Positions 41,812 to 52,514 are shown, numbered from the stretch's first letter. The stretch: DNA of 64,000 nt from an uncultured delta proteobacterium (GCA_963696385.1 CAVOKF010000006.1:160001-224000); one strand, 5' to 3'. Notes: generated by a model from the sequence alone, not told the origin. Numbers and translations are program-made.

Positions 41812-42111
41812 TCACACCTGGACGCGAGACAGCATGATCGCCTTCTCGGGGCACGCCTCAACGCACTTGCCGCACGCTTGGCAAGCCGACACCCGAGGCG
41901 TGTAGGCTGTTTTCCGCCCGTGCGCGATGCTCTTGAGCTTGCCGAACACGCCGAGCTGCGCGAAGTCGGCGTCGCCCATGCGGCCGACCTCGAACACGTG
42001 GAATGGGCAGACCTCGACGCACTCGGACTTCCCCTCGCACTTTGCCCGATCGACGACCGGCGCGAACTCTCCTGGCCGGGCACGACAGTCCGCTGCGGGC
42101 GAGGGTCGCAT
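41812..42111 (-). CDS. 4Fe-4S dicluster ferredoxin
   Basis: CEGKSECVEVCP and CQACGKCVEACP. Confidence 0.9.
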   Translation of the reverse strand: MRPSPAADCRARPGEFAPVVDRAKCEGKSECVEVCPFHVFEVGRMGDADFAQLGVFGKLKSIAHGRKTAYTPRVSACQACGKCVEACPEKAIMLSRVQV

Positions 42112-42208
42112 CGCGATGGCTTCGATGATCGCACGAACGGAGGCGTTCCGTCGGGGCTGGTCCGGGCGCCGGTGGGGCTCTCGATCGCGGCGCCATTTTC
42201 AGGCTTGG

Positions 42209-42583
42209 TCACCCCCCTCCCGCCCCCGCGACCAGCTCGCTGAGCAAAGTCCGGTGACATCGCTCGGGGTCCGAGCATGCCGACGAGCAGAGCAGGGTGA
42301 TCGTCTCGCCGGCCGCGACGCGAGCGCCGAGGTTTACAATCGCCTCCCGGTGCCCGCCCATCTCGGCGAGGTAGCGACGGCGGAATTCGGACCAGTCGAT
42401 CGGAGGTCCGTGCTTGCCATAAAGGGCGGCATGCAGCTCGCGGCTCGGACCGAGCTGAGGCGACCACGCGTCCCAGATCTCGGCGTCCTTCCGGACCCCA
42501 CTTGGACGGTAGCGACAGACGAGCAGGCGGTGGCCGTCGTCGGGCTCGAGGGGATCGTTCCAGCGCTTGGTCTTGATCGGCAT
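42209..42583 (-). CDS. DUF488/YeaO family protein
   Basis: IKTKR..D..DDG.RLLVCRYRP.GV.K, LGPSRELH, FRRRYLAEM, CHRTLL. Confidence 0.88.
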   Translation of the reverse strand: MPIKTKRWNDPLEPDDGHRLLVCRYRPSGVRKDAEIWDAWSPQLGPSRELHAALYGKHGPPIDWSEFRRRYLAEMGGHREAIVNLGARVAAGETITLLCSSACSDPERCHRTLLSELVAGAGGG

Positions 42584-42924
42584 CGACGAAGCTTGATGGG
42601 CGCCGCGCTGCCGGTGCCACTGGCGCGCCACCGCGGCTTATCTGATGTCGACCGCACACCTTTCGATCACCGCGAAGAACGGTTTCCGCACGCACTGGTT
42701 GCGGCCATCCCGAACGTAGGGACGAGCACGCTGTAGGCTCCGTGGCCGAACACATCGCACGCACCGTTATGAGTGCCGCAACCGTGTTACCGTGTTCGGA
42801 AACGCTCGTGACATAAAGCGCGCGGAAAAGACGCGAGCCCCAGGGGACTATCTGGCCTCACTTACCGGCAGCGATCATGGATGATCTTGCCATTCGTCGC
42901 AGCACGGTCGACGGTGCGGAGGCC

Positions 42925-43395
42925 ATGGGGGAGGAAGCGCCTCTGGTTCTTGTTGTTGAGAGCGAAGCCCGCCTGCGCTCGGACTATTGCAACTGGCTCG
43001 CCGAGGAAGGCTACCGAGTCTTCGTCGCAGCAAATGGTCTGGAGGCGCTGGAACTTACGCGGATGCATCGGCCGCTGCTCGTGCTGATGAACCTGGACCT
43101 TCCGGGACTGGACGGCTGGGAGGCGACTCGCGTGCTTCGCCGCGATCCGTGGCTTCGCGAGATCCACGTTGTCGCCTTGACCGGCAGCGCTGCAAAGACG
43201 CGGGATTGCGACGGGCGGTCCGCGGGCTGCGACGCCGTGCTTCGAACCCCGATCCGACGACAGGCCCTGATCGATACGGTCTGTCGGTTTGTGCCCAACA
43301 GCATCCCCGAGTCGATCGTTCGCGTAAAGGTCGTACCGGGGCCCCACGGCCAGGCCATGCATCCCTGGTCTGCCCTGAGACGCAAACGAGCCTAA
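42925..43395 (+). CDS. Single-domain receiver protein, atypical (phospho-Asp replaced by Asn)
   Basis: AANGLEAL, PLLVLMNLDLPGLDGWEATRVLR, VVALTG, AGCD; GGAGG RBS. Confidence 0.8.
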   Translation: MGEEAPLVLVVESEARLRSDYCNWLAEEGYRVFVAANGLEALELTRMHRPLLVLMNLDLPGLDGWEATRVLRRDPWLREIHVVALTGSAAKTRDCDGRSAGCDAVLRTPIRRQALIDTVCRFVPNSIPESIVRVKVVPGPHGQAMHPWSALRRKRA

Positions 43396-43399
43396 AGCC

Positions 43400-43726
43400 C
43401 AGCTCGACCGCCTCGGTCTTCTCGCGGAGAGCATCGGCGTTCATGTGCATGCCGGAACCATGGTACGAGGCGGAAGGCGACATGGACTTCGACCAGGAGC
43501 GCGATCGACTCATCGACGACCGCCACGTTGTGCTCTTCGCCGACGGAAACGCCGTGGTGGTCACCGCCGGCACCGAACCGGGCGTTTCTTGCTCGTCTCG
43601 GGAAAGCCCATCGGCGAGCCCATCGCCTGGCGCGGCCCCATCGGGATGAACATGCAGGAGGAACTGCGCGCGGCGTTCGAGGAGCGGGATCGCGGAACGT
43701 TCAAGCATGAGCGCGCGTCGCTTTGA
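43400..43726 (+). pseudogene. C-terminal fragment of a pirin family gene (frameshifted)
   Basis: VVLFADG..VVVTAG / RFLLVSGKPIGEPIAWRGPIGMNMQEELRAAFEE; N-terminus missing. Confidence 0.75.
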
Positions 43727-43736
43727 GGAGGCCGCC

Positions 43737-44621
43737 ATGACCTCTCCGGACTCGGCCCTTGTCGACGTCGTTATCGAGGCTCGCCCGCGCGACGTGGACG
43801 GCTTCCCCGTGCATCGCGCCCTGCCGTCGCTACAGCGCCGCGGGGTCGGCCCGTTCGTGTTCTTCGATCACATGGGACCGGCCGACCTCGCCCCGGGCGA
43901 TGGCCTGGATGTGCGCCCGCATCCGCACATCGGCCTCGCGACCGTTACCTACCTGTTCGACGGAGAGATTCTCCACCGCGACAACCTTGGCTCCAATCAG
44001 GTGATCCGCACCGGCGACGTGAACTGGATGACCGCAGGGCGCGGCATCGTGCACTCCGAGCGAACCCCCGCCGCGACTCGCGTCCGCGGCGGCCGTACCC
44101 ACGGCCTCCAGACCTGGGTCGCGCTTCCGATCGCAGACGAAGAGGTCGAGCCCGGCTTCCACCATCACCCAGCAAGCAGCGTCCCCGTGAAGGAGCAGCC
44201 GGGCGCTCTTCTGCGCGTCATCGCAGGCACGGCGTACGGCATGGAGTCGCCGGTGCGCGTCTTCTCGCCCACACTCTACGTTCACGTCCGGCTCGATGCC
44301 GGCGCCGAGCTCGCCGTGGACGACGGCCATGCCGAGCGAGCCGTGTACGCCGTCGACGGCGAGGTCGAGTTGGGCGGCGCGCTGCGCTTGCCCGGCCAGC
44401 TTGTCGTACTCCGGTCGGGGACTCGGACGATCGTACGCGCCCGGACCGCAGCAAACGTGTTGCTCGTCGGCGGCGCGCCCCTCGACGGACCGCGGCACGT
44501 CTGGTGGAACTTCGTCTCGAGCTCGGAGGAGCGCATCGAGCGGGCGAAGCGAGAGTGGAAGGAAGGCGCCTTCCCGAAGGTGCCCGGGGACGACGTCGAG
44601 TTCATTCCGCTTCCGGAGTAG
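43737..44621 (+). CDS. Pirin family protein
   Basis: GPFVFFDHMGP, HPHIGLATVTY, WMTAGRGIVHSE, WWNFVSSS. Confidence 0.95.
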   Translation: MTSPDSALVDVVIEARPRDVDGFPVHRALPSLQRRGVGPFVFFDHMGPADLAPGDGLDVRPHPHIGLATVTYLFDGEILHRDNLGSNQVIRTGDVNWMTAGRGIVHSERTPAATRVRGGRTHGLQTWVALPIADEEVEPGFHHHPASSVPVKEQPGALLRVIAGTAYGMESPVRVFSPTLYVHVRLDAGAELAVDDGHAERAVYAVDGEVELGGALRLPGQLVVLRSGTRTIVRARTAANVLLVGGAPLDGPRHVWWNFVSSSEERIERAKREWKEGAFPKVPGDDVEFIPLPE

Positions 44622-44805
44622 TTGACGGGACACATCGTGCAGCTTGGGCGATGCCACGCCCTTGTGCGTTGAGAGGACCTCGCGCCGTGCCGCGGAACGA
44701 GCGTCCCGACTCTTCCAGATTACGCCTATCCATCCGCTGCTCGGTGCGCGACGGCAACAGTCGCCACTTCCATACTCGACTGGATTGGGCTTAAGACTTT
44801 GAAGC

Positions 44806-45051
44806 ATGGCCACCGCAATCATGGACCGCGCGGCGCAGATGTTCCCCCAGCTCACGCCGGCGCATCTCGAGCGCATCTCGAGCGTCGGGTATCGACGCGA
44901 CGTCCACGTGGGCGACCAGAACACGCGCTTTTTCGTGGTGGTGTCGGGCGCGATCGATATCGTTCGGATGATCGTTGATCGGATGACGCCCTCCGCGCTC
45001 AGGATGACACCCGACGCGACTGTCGCCGTATTGAGCCCTGCCCCGACTTGA
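44806..45051 (+). pseudogene. Fragment of a cNMP-binding domain (as in cNMP-thioredoxin reductase fusions)
   Basis: QMFPQLTPAHLERI...FFVVVSGAIDIV, then truncated. Confidence 0.5.
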
Positions 45052-45133
45052 CGCCGTCCGCAAAAGCGGGTGAGGTGGGCGATCGTCGGAGCGAGTGTGG
45101 GCAGCGGCCTCCGGCCGGCCGGGGCGGGCACCA

Positions 45134-46145
45134 ATGAGTCAGGTTCTTGAGCTAGCAGCGGATGTTCGGCAAGGCGACGTGCTCGGTGGCAAGTACCGCA
45201 TCGAGCGTGTCCTCGGTGTAGGGGGGCATGGGCGTCGTCGTCGCGGCTCGCCACATCGAGCTCGACAGTCGGGTGGCTCTCAAGTTTCTGCTTCCCGAGT
45301 TGGTCGCCAGCCCGGAAGCCGTCGCGCGATTCGCCGGCGAGGCACGAGCAGCTGTTCAGATCCAGAACGAGCACGTAGCGCGGGTCCTCGACGTCGGCAC
45401 TCTCGATAACGGTGCTCCGTCCATGGTGATGGAGTTCCTCGAGGGCAGGGATCTGTCGACGTGGCTGGAGCAGCGAGGACCCCTGCCCGTCGAGCAAGCG
45501 GTTGAGTTCATCTTGCAGGCGTGCGTCGCGGTAGCAGACGCCCATCGCTTGGGGATCATCCATAGAGACCTGAAGCCGCAAATCTCTTCTGCATCCGTCG
45601 GACCGATGGGCAATTCGTGGTCAAGGTTCTTGACTTCGGGATCTCCAAGCTGAGAAGGACGCCCGAAGGGGATCGAGCCTCCGGGATGTCGGTCACGAAG
45701 ACCAGCGCCTTGATGGGCTCGCCGCTCTACATGTCCCCCGAGCAAATGCGCTCGTCCAAGGACGTCAACGCGCAGACCGACGTTTGGGCGCTGGGCGTCA
45801 TCTTGTTCGAGTTACTCACGGGGCGGGCGCCCTTTCTCGGTGAAACCGTCACCGAAGTCGCCATCCACGTCGCCACGCAGCAGCCGCCGCCTATTCGCAG
45901 CCTTCGACCGGACGCTCCGCCGGGACGGTAATCTTCAAGTGTCTCGAGAAGCAGCGCGGAAAGCGATACGCCCACGTTGCAGACCTGGCCGTCGGGCTGC
46001 TCTGCCATCGGTGGCTGAACGCATGGCTCTGACGCCCCCGAACATCGCGGCGCGGTTACCTGCGAGTACCGCTTCTCGGCCAACCGCGACGCCGACTCCG
46101 ACTCAGGGCGGCGAGGGCTTTCTCAAGATCAACTCGATCCCTGCG
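45134..46145 (+). pseudogene. Hanks-type Ser/Thr protein kinase, multiply frameshifted and truncated by an IS remnant
   Basis: KYRIERVLGVGG / MGVV..VALK..HRDLKP / VKVLDFGISK..GSPLYMSPEQ..DVWALG across three frames. Confidence 0.88.
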
Positions 46146-46149
46146 AGAT

Positions 46150-46396
46150 GCGGAGACGCAAACTGGAGTGAAAGTGACCATGGTGAAGCGACCGGACATC
46201 AAAGGCTTTGTGGTCGTACCAAAGCGGTGGATCGTTGAGCGCTGCTTCGGATGGATGAATCGCGATCGTCGTCTCTCAAAGGACTACGAGCGCAGCCATC
46301 GAAAGCAGTGAGGCGTGGATTCAGCTGAGCTTCGTCCACAGAATGGTCCGGCAGCTCGCCAGCTGAAATTCTCGCGCGTATCAGGTAAACACCCTC
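46150..46396 (+). mobile_element. IS5-family transposase C-terminal remnant with right end
   Basis: Manual translation [31 protein letters not shown]; terminal AAACACCCTC followed by TTA. Confidence 0.85.
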
Positions 46397-47245
46397 TTAC
46401 GGGCAACCCTTGCCTTGTTCGTAAGATTCGAGTTCGCTCAAGCAGTCTAGATCATTGATGTTTATCGGCGGACAATACAGTGATACCAGTGAACATGGGC
46501 AGCCAGCTGGGTACACCGCGTTTTCCAAACTGGCCATTCCAGTTCCATTCAAGGTAAAAGTACCCATGGCATTAGTTCCTGATACCACGGCCATCGTTGC
46601 GTCTTGGATCGTAAAGCTGAACGTGGTGCCATCGACGGCGCCGATCGTGACGGTGCCCCCGGTGGATCTCCAAACCAATTCGCCGGCCACGCCGCTGTCC
46701 TCGCCCGTTTCGTCCGTGTATTCGATCGAAGACGTATCCAAGTTCAACGAAACGACTGTTCCAGTACTTGGTATACCGCCATCATCAGACGTATTCACCA
46801 ATGTCAAACCCGCATTCCGACTGCCACTTCTAATAGCGATTCCTACATAAGTGCCCACAACTGCATTATCATAACCATATATTGGAGATGAGTCCCCGTT
46901 GTACCCAACGATGTTTGAAAATGTAAGTGACGCGCTGCAAGGGCCGGCGGGTGCTGCCCCTCCATCGGTGAATATAACGGGCCCGCTCTCCGGCATGACG
47001 CTCGTTTCGGCTACGGCGACGTCTTGGCTTGTCCCGTCAAGCACGGACGCGCTATCCGAGGTCGCATCGACAGGGATGCTTGCGTCCCCTGTCGGGGAGC
47101 TTGCTTCCGGAGTCGCAGTGCTGCTGTCCAGAACGGGTCCCCCGCTGTCAATGGCAGGCACGCCCGGACCGTTGCTTGAACTGCAAGCGAGAAAAACGCC
47201 CGACGCCAGAGAGCCCAGAGCCGTAAGTGAATGTCGATTCATTGG
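46397..47245 (-). CDS. Hypothetical lipoprotein (lower GC)
   Basis: VFLAC lipobox, DS/DA-rich linker, beta-rich domain, Cys-rich tail. Confidence 0.75.
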   Translation of the reverse strand, partial: PMNRHSLTALGSLASGVFLACSSSNGPGVPAIDSGGPVLDSSTATPEASSPTGDASIPVDATSDSASVLDGTSQDVAVAETSVMPESGPVIFTDGGAAPAGPCSASLTFSNIVGYNGDSSPIYGYDNAVVGTYVGIAIRSGSRNAGLTLVNTSDDGGIPSTGTVVSLNLDTSSIEYTDETGEDSGVAGELVWRSTGGTVTIGAVDGTTFSFTIQDATMAVVSGTNAMGTFTLNGTGMASLENAVYPAGCPCSLVSLYCPPININDLDCLSELESYEQGKGCP

Positions 47246-47318
47246 CAAAGCCTGTGCCTTTCTAAATCAAGAAGCTCGGCCCCGTCTCTCGAAGAACGGA
47301 GCCGGGCTTCTCTTTGCC

Positions 47319-48680
47319 TTACTGCAATTCGTACGTGCTGTAGGAAGTCCCCCCGTTGTCTACGGGATAGGTCAGCACGATGCTGGTCGCATCGGCCGTG
47401 TACTGCTCCGACCCAGAGCCCGTCGCCCCGCACACGAACGTGTACGACTGCGTCCCGCTCGAAACCGTATAGGTGGCGCCGACCACGAAATCGCCGTAGA
47501 TGTCTCCCCCGTCCGAACTATCGAACCCAGCGTCCGGATCCGTGTATTCCAGCGTGTGGTAAAGAATCGTGTCCGATGTGATCTGGAACACCTGCTGCGT
47601 CGGAGGGTTCGATGCGCTCGTGCTTGAGCCCGGGGGAAAGTAAAAGGTGGTGGCCGTCAAAACGTAGGTCCCCGGCGTGATCGTGCCGCCAATCGTGGGA
47701 GGCGGAGCCGTATAAACATTCGTCGAATTGACAATGGGTGCGCTCGTCAAATCGAGCGCGATGCACAAGCCCGCATCGTTGCCGGAATCGGTCCCAGCAT
47801 CCTCAGGCTTTCCGCTATCGGGAGTCCCGGAGTCCACGTACTTCCCACTGTCGGGAGTCCCGGAGTCCACGTACTTCCCACTGTCGGGAGTCCCGGAGTC
47901 CTCGAACCCGGAGTCCGGCTTCCCGCTGTCCGTTCCGGCGTCCACGACCGTGTTTGCATCGACCAATATTTCGGCCGACCCGGTCACGCCCGCAATGCTC
48001 GCCTCAATCGTGGACTTTCCTACGGATAACCCGGTCACGACGCCCTCGGCCGACACGCTTGCTACAGCAGGATCCGAAGAGGTCCACGTTACCGACGACG
48101 TGATGGTCTCAGTCGATTTGACCCCGTTCGCTTTGAAGCTGCCAACCGCCGTGAAGCTCTCCGTAGCCCCCTTCTGAATGGTGTCGCTCGCCGGATTCAC
48201 CGTGATCGAGGCCGGACCCACAACATTAAGGAGCACCGGAAAGGGTACTACGGTGTACGTGTCTACGTCAAATGGGTAACTGAGAACCGAGTTCGCTTCC
48301 AGGATCCCAAGCCCCGGCTTGGATCCGGCTGTAACAAGCCCCGTCGAACTCACGGAAGCATCCACGCCACCGCTTATCGTCCAGGTCGTGCTGACCACAG
48401 TAGCGTCGCTTTGGAGAGGAGGGTCAAAATGGGGCGTGAATTGCAGCTGCCCGGCGATCGGTATTTGTAGATAGATATCCGTCACACCGGCCGGCGTCTC
48501 GAAAGTGGGAGCGTAAGAAGTGAGTGAAATGATGCCGCCCACCGGCGGCGGAATGATGCCGTACTGCGCCTCCTTCGAAACCCCTTCCGGCTCGTCTGTA
48601 CTTTGCGCAAGACATGCTGACAAAACGAACGCGGCCAAAATGCACACCCCAACCCTGTACCACCCCTTAACTTTGATCAT
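47319..48680 (-). CDS. Lipoprotein with bacterial Ig-like (Big_2) domains and DSGTPDSGK repeats
   Basis: LSAC lipobox; VTWTSSDPAVASVSAEGVVTG; 33-bp DNA repeats at ~47810-47935. Confidence 0.85.
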   Translation of the reverse strand: MIKVKGWYRVGVCILAAFVLSACLAQSTDEPEGVSKEAQYGIIPPPVGGIISLTSYAPTFETPAGVTDIYLQIPIAGQLQFTPHFDPPLQSDATVVSTTWTISGGVDASVSSTGLVTAGSKPGLGILEANSVLSYPFDVDTYTVVPFPVLLNVVGPASITVNPASDTIQKGATESFTAVGSFKANGVKSTETITSSVTWTSSDPAVASVSAEGVVTGLSVGKSTIEASIAGVTGSAEILVDANTVVDAGTDSGKPDSGFEDSGTPDSGKYVDSGTPDSGKYVDSGTPDSGKPEDAGTDSGNDAGLCIALDLTSAPIVNSTNVYTAPPPTIGGTITPGTYVLTATTFYFPPGSSTSASNPPTQQVFQITSDTILYHTLEYTDPDAGFDSSDGGDIYGDFVVGATYTVSSGTQSYTFVCGATGSGSEQYTADATSIVLTYPVDNGGTSYSTYELQ

Positions 48681-49667
48681 GTAGTACCTACTTTCAATTG
48701 GCGTAGTTGAAATGCCAAATCAATAAACCGCTCCCGTGCGGTAGGGTGCGCAAACGCTCTTTAAACGTTTGCACCCCACTGACGTCGAGCGAGCCCCTCA
48801 CGGGACGTACAAGTCGAGCGTCGCCGGCGTCGTGCCGCGCCAGGCCACGTCGGCCACCTTGGCCAGAACGCTGTTGTGTTCGAGTGGGCGAGCCATAGCG
48901 ATTCGCCGCTGCAGTCACAACGAGCGCCCCAAAAGGTATTCAGGGTGCACTTGCGGGTTTCCGCGCGTGCGCTCCCTGGTCGCTGCGAGAATGGAGGCCA
49001 CCTACGCGCTGCCGGTCGACGTGTGACCACCCGTCTCGGATATGCTGCTTCAGGAGTCGAATGAACCATGAAAGCGCCCTCCACAAGCTACGCGCATCGC
49101 GTACAAACGGCGCTTCTAACATCGAGAAAACTCCGGCGGTATCATGGACAACCCTCGAGCGCCGACGAGGAGGAGTCCATGTAAGGTCGACGACGTCGTT
49201 GCTGCGGCGCCGAGCGCTCGTAAGCTGTTGCGATGCACGTATGCCCGCACAACCACGGTGCTTTTCGTCACCGAAGCGCGCTGATCGAGGTCGGCACGCG
49301 GTTGGTCTCCGCCGCGAATCCTTCATCGCTCTGTGCGCGCCTGCCCAGCAAGAAATTCCTTCGATGGAAAGAGCACGGCAAAAGGAGAACCACATGTCCC
49401 TCGACCCTCTCGCCGTCCGCGTCCCCCGCCGTCATGCAGCCGTCGTGCCCGTCCCAGCCGAGATCGTGCGGATCGAGTACAGCGATTCAGGCCGGATCTC
49501 GGCTCAAAACCTGACAAGGATGCTGGAGCCCGAAGTTGGGGTCCTCGTAAAGCTGAGGTTCCGTGCTGCTCGATGCGGTCGTTCTCTTGCTTAAGTTTCA
49601 CGAGCGGGGCGCCGGTCTGCCGGCCCCCATTACCCCCAAAAACAAGTCGTACAAGGAGTAAGAAATC

Positions 49668-49931
49668 ATGAGCACGGAAAGGTATCCGAAAAAGCTCGCC
49701 GCTGAACTGCATCAGTTTCGGATCACTGACGAAACTGGTCCGTCCAACGTTCTCAGTTTTGTCGTCATGCCGTGCTTTCACGGCGACAGCGGGTGGTTCG
49801 GTCTTCTTAAGAACCCAGAAACGAACTCGTGGCTCGAGTTACTTTTTCAAGAAGGAGAAAGCAAAATTGCACTCGCGGCCCGTATTCGTGAGCGGCTCGG
49901 TGCCGAGGTGGTTTCGGTAGGAACGCGGTGA
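49668..49931 (+). CDS. Hypothetical protein (87 aa)
   Basis: AAGGAG RBS; protein-like composition. Confidence 0.55.
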   Translation: MSTERYPKKLAAELHQFRITDETGPSNVLSFVVMPCFHGDSGWFGLLKNPETNSWLELLFQEGESKIALAARIRERLGAEVVSVGTR

Positions 49932-50017
49932 TGCAGGGAAGGGGCGGGGTGGGGCTTCGAAATCGCCCCGCCTCGCGCCGCCTTTCTGCACAAGCAAACT
50001 TGTGCCTGGAGGTTCCA

Positions 50018-50563
50018 ATGAGCGTATCTAAAGATCTCCTAACGGCGGAGGGCGCCACGTGTCACGCCGAGCGCATGTGCAGCGCACTTCACGACCACTT
50101 CGCGACTGGTTCTGAGCTGGGTGTTCATGCGGGTCACGTACTCGCGACGCAGTCATTCCGTGAGCGTGGGGAAACTGTGATCGTGAAACCCGGTGACGTG
50201 CGTGTGGCCGTTTTCGCGCAGCCCGCCGTGAGCGCGAATGCGTCCCGTCGGGCTCAAAAGCACTTCACCGACCACGTACGCCGTATGATCAAGAGGACCA
50301 AGGCTATTGGGGTGGTGACCGTCTCGGAGGTCTGGGCTGTGGCGACCGCGGAGGCGCCGGACGTCACGCCGGAGATGGATGTGAGTCATCATCCGGCGCG
50401 ACGGGAGGCGGTCATCGTTTCGCTCGAACACGTGCGGACGTCGGGCCTGTGGGTCGCCGAGCTCACGCCTTCGCGCTTGCTCGGCCCATTCATTCGTATC
50501 GATCAAGAATGTGTTGCGCGCGGCGTGTTCGACGACTTGTTGGACAAGGCGCGATTCGCTTGA
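50018..50563 (+). CDS. Hypothetical protein
   Basis: GGAGG RBS; VSEVWAV...HPARREAVIVSLE conserved-looking motif. Confidence 0.6.
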   Translation: MSVSKDLLTAEGATCHAERMCSALHDHFATGSELGVHAGHVLATQSFRERGETVIVKPGDVRVAVFAQPAVSANASRRAQKHFTDHVRRMIKRTKAIGVVTVSEVWAVATAEAPDVTPEMDVSHHPARREAVIVSLEHVRTSGLWVAELTPSRLLGPFIRIDQECVARGVFDDLLDKARFA

Positions 50564-50589
50564 GCCGGCGCCTGAGGAGGACCATCACC

Positions 50590-50808
50590 ATGAGAGTTAA
50601 CCTCGACAATGTTTTCGACGCAATTGTTCGCCGAATGGGGCGTCAAATCGTGGTGTGGACGCAGCCGTCAAAACAGGGGCTGCCCTACGTCGCTTGTTAT
50701 TATATCGCAACTCGTCCGGACGGAGTCCCCCACGGCCATCCTTATGCGCTTTGGGCCGCGGCGGACACGCCCGAACACGCCGTCGACGGGGTGATAGCCC
50801 AGTTATAG
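50590..50808 (+). CDS. Hypothetical protein (72 aa)
   Basis: GAGGAGG RBS; co-oriented with the two preceding ORFs. Confidence 0.55.
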   Translation: MRVNLDNVFDAIVRRMGRQIVVWTQPSKQGLPYVACYYIATRPDGVPHGHPYALWAAADTPEHAVDGVIAQL

Positions 50809-51088
50809 TGCTGGCTGCGAACGCCGCGCTCCCCGTTTCTGCTGAGGTCGACGAAGCACGTGCGGACCAAAGCACCTGGGTTGGTGCCGGTACCCCAAGT
50901 TGTCGGGCTTCATGCGTAAGCAGTTCCGAGCGAGGCCGGGGTTTGCCGCTCGTGATTCTTTGTGAGGTTCGATAGAACGACGCGAGTGCATGCGCCGAGT
51001 GGCTGCGCTCGGGCGTTCCGACGCTCCTTGCCGAAAATCGGCTCAGCCTACCGAGGTCGACACGACGGCACCCAGGCGATCAACGCCG

Positions 51089-52156
51089 TCACAGGGAGTG
51101 CGGCCCAAGCCCCAAACAGCAGGGCACGACTTGAACGTCTACGTTGAGCCAGCCCTGAATCCCCACACCCGTTCCCAAATTCGAGATTCCGCCGAGAGCG
51201 CTGCAACTCAAGTCGATGTGGTTCGCCTGCCTGGACGTGCACCAGCCCTCGCTCGAAGCTACGTTGGTCGGGTGATTGTGAGGGCAGGCGTCGATCACCT
51301 CGATGACCACGTACTCGGTTGTTCCGCAGTACATATCGTGATTGTACCCACCTTCCGAAATTGTCCCATTCGGATCACATTTCACCGCCACGCACTTGCC
51401 GCAATCCTGCTCCATGGGACAGGAGGGGGCCGTCGTGCAATTGCCTGTGCCACCTCCCTGGCACTCGCACTCGCCCCCGGACCAGATACTGCTCAAGTCC
51501 CCCGGGGCGCCATAGTAGCTCGAGTCGTTGGCCGTGCCTGACGAGTAGGTGGCGAGGGTGACGTTGCCTTCCATTTCCGATACGCAAGCCGAGTCCGCGA
51601 TGTCGGTCGTGTCCGTGAAGTTTGAGTAACTGGCGCAATCGCCCGCCGAATGATTGCCGAACATGGTGGCGGCGTAGCCCGTGAGCCAAGTGCCCAGGGC
51701 GCACGATCCGCCGCTGCCGCTCGAAGACGATCTGCTCGAAGAAGACGAGCTACTTGAACTGGAGCTCGAACTTGAACTCGTGCTTGAACTTGAACTCGTG
51801 CTTGAACTTGAACTCGCGCTCGACGAACTTGAACTGGAACTCGTGCTCGACGAACTTGAACTTGAACTCGTGCTCGACGAACTTGAACTTGAACTTGAAC
51901 TTGAACTCGTGCTGGAGCTTGAACTTGAGCTTGAACTCGGGGGAACGGTGCTAGAGCCCGAAGCGTTGCCGCCTCCGTCATCTTCGGCCCCAGGGAGCTG
52001 GCCGATTGACGATGTCCCGGCCGTGTAGCTCAACCCCGAAGAGCTGGCTGTCGATCCGTTCGAATTGACAGGTCCAGTTCCGCCCGAGAAGGTACTGGGT
52101 CCGCACGCGACGACAACGCTACTCCCCAACACGGCACAGCGAATGAGTGTACGCAC
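51089..52156 (-). CDS. Lipoprotein with poly-Ser linker and expansin/GH45-like double-psi beta-barrel domain
   Basis: VVAC lipobox; (GAACTT)n-derived Ser tract; CGKCVAVKC, VVIEVIDACP, WC...HIDLS. Confidence 0.8.
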   Translation of the reverse strand: MRTLIRCAVLGSSVVVACGPSTFSGGTGPVNSNGSTASSSGLSYTAGTSSIGQLPGAEDDGGGNASGSSTVPPSSSSSSSSSTSSSSSSSSSSSSTSSSSSSSSTSSSSSSSSASSSSSTSSSSSTSSSSSSSSSSSSSSSRSSSSGSGGSCALGTWLTGYAATMFGNHSAGDCASYSNFTDTTDIADSACVSEMEGNVTLATYSSGTANDSSYYGAPGDLSSIWSGGECECQGGGTGNCTTAPSCPMEQDCGKCVAVKCDPNGTISEGGYNHDMYCGTTEYVVIEVIDACPHNHPTNVASSEGWCTSRQANHIDLSCSALGGISNLGTGVGIQGWLNVDVQVVPCCLGLGPHSL

Positions 52157-52514
52157 GGTTAACCTCCACACGATAGCTTTACGATAGGTCGAGTCGCCCC
52201 ATCTCACCGTATCGGGAGTCGGTGGAAACATGGCCGTAGCCGTTGACGCCGAAGCTGTACAACAATTTCGCGAATAGCAAGCAACGAAACATCTTTGCCT
52301 CCTCCTCTTGCTCAATCTTCACTCGACACGCTCGTGGGGTGCCGGTCCCATTTTGGCGAGCTCGTTGTCGGACATTTTGCTACACGAGCTCACGCACGTC
52401 CAGCACCCCCATGTCTTGCGCCGTCGTGTCGGCCCACCCTTCGGTTTTGCTTTCGGCAGAGGATCGTAAGGTTGACGAATAGTTCGAGTAGCGCCCGAAG
52501 AAACTGGTTTTAGC

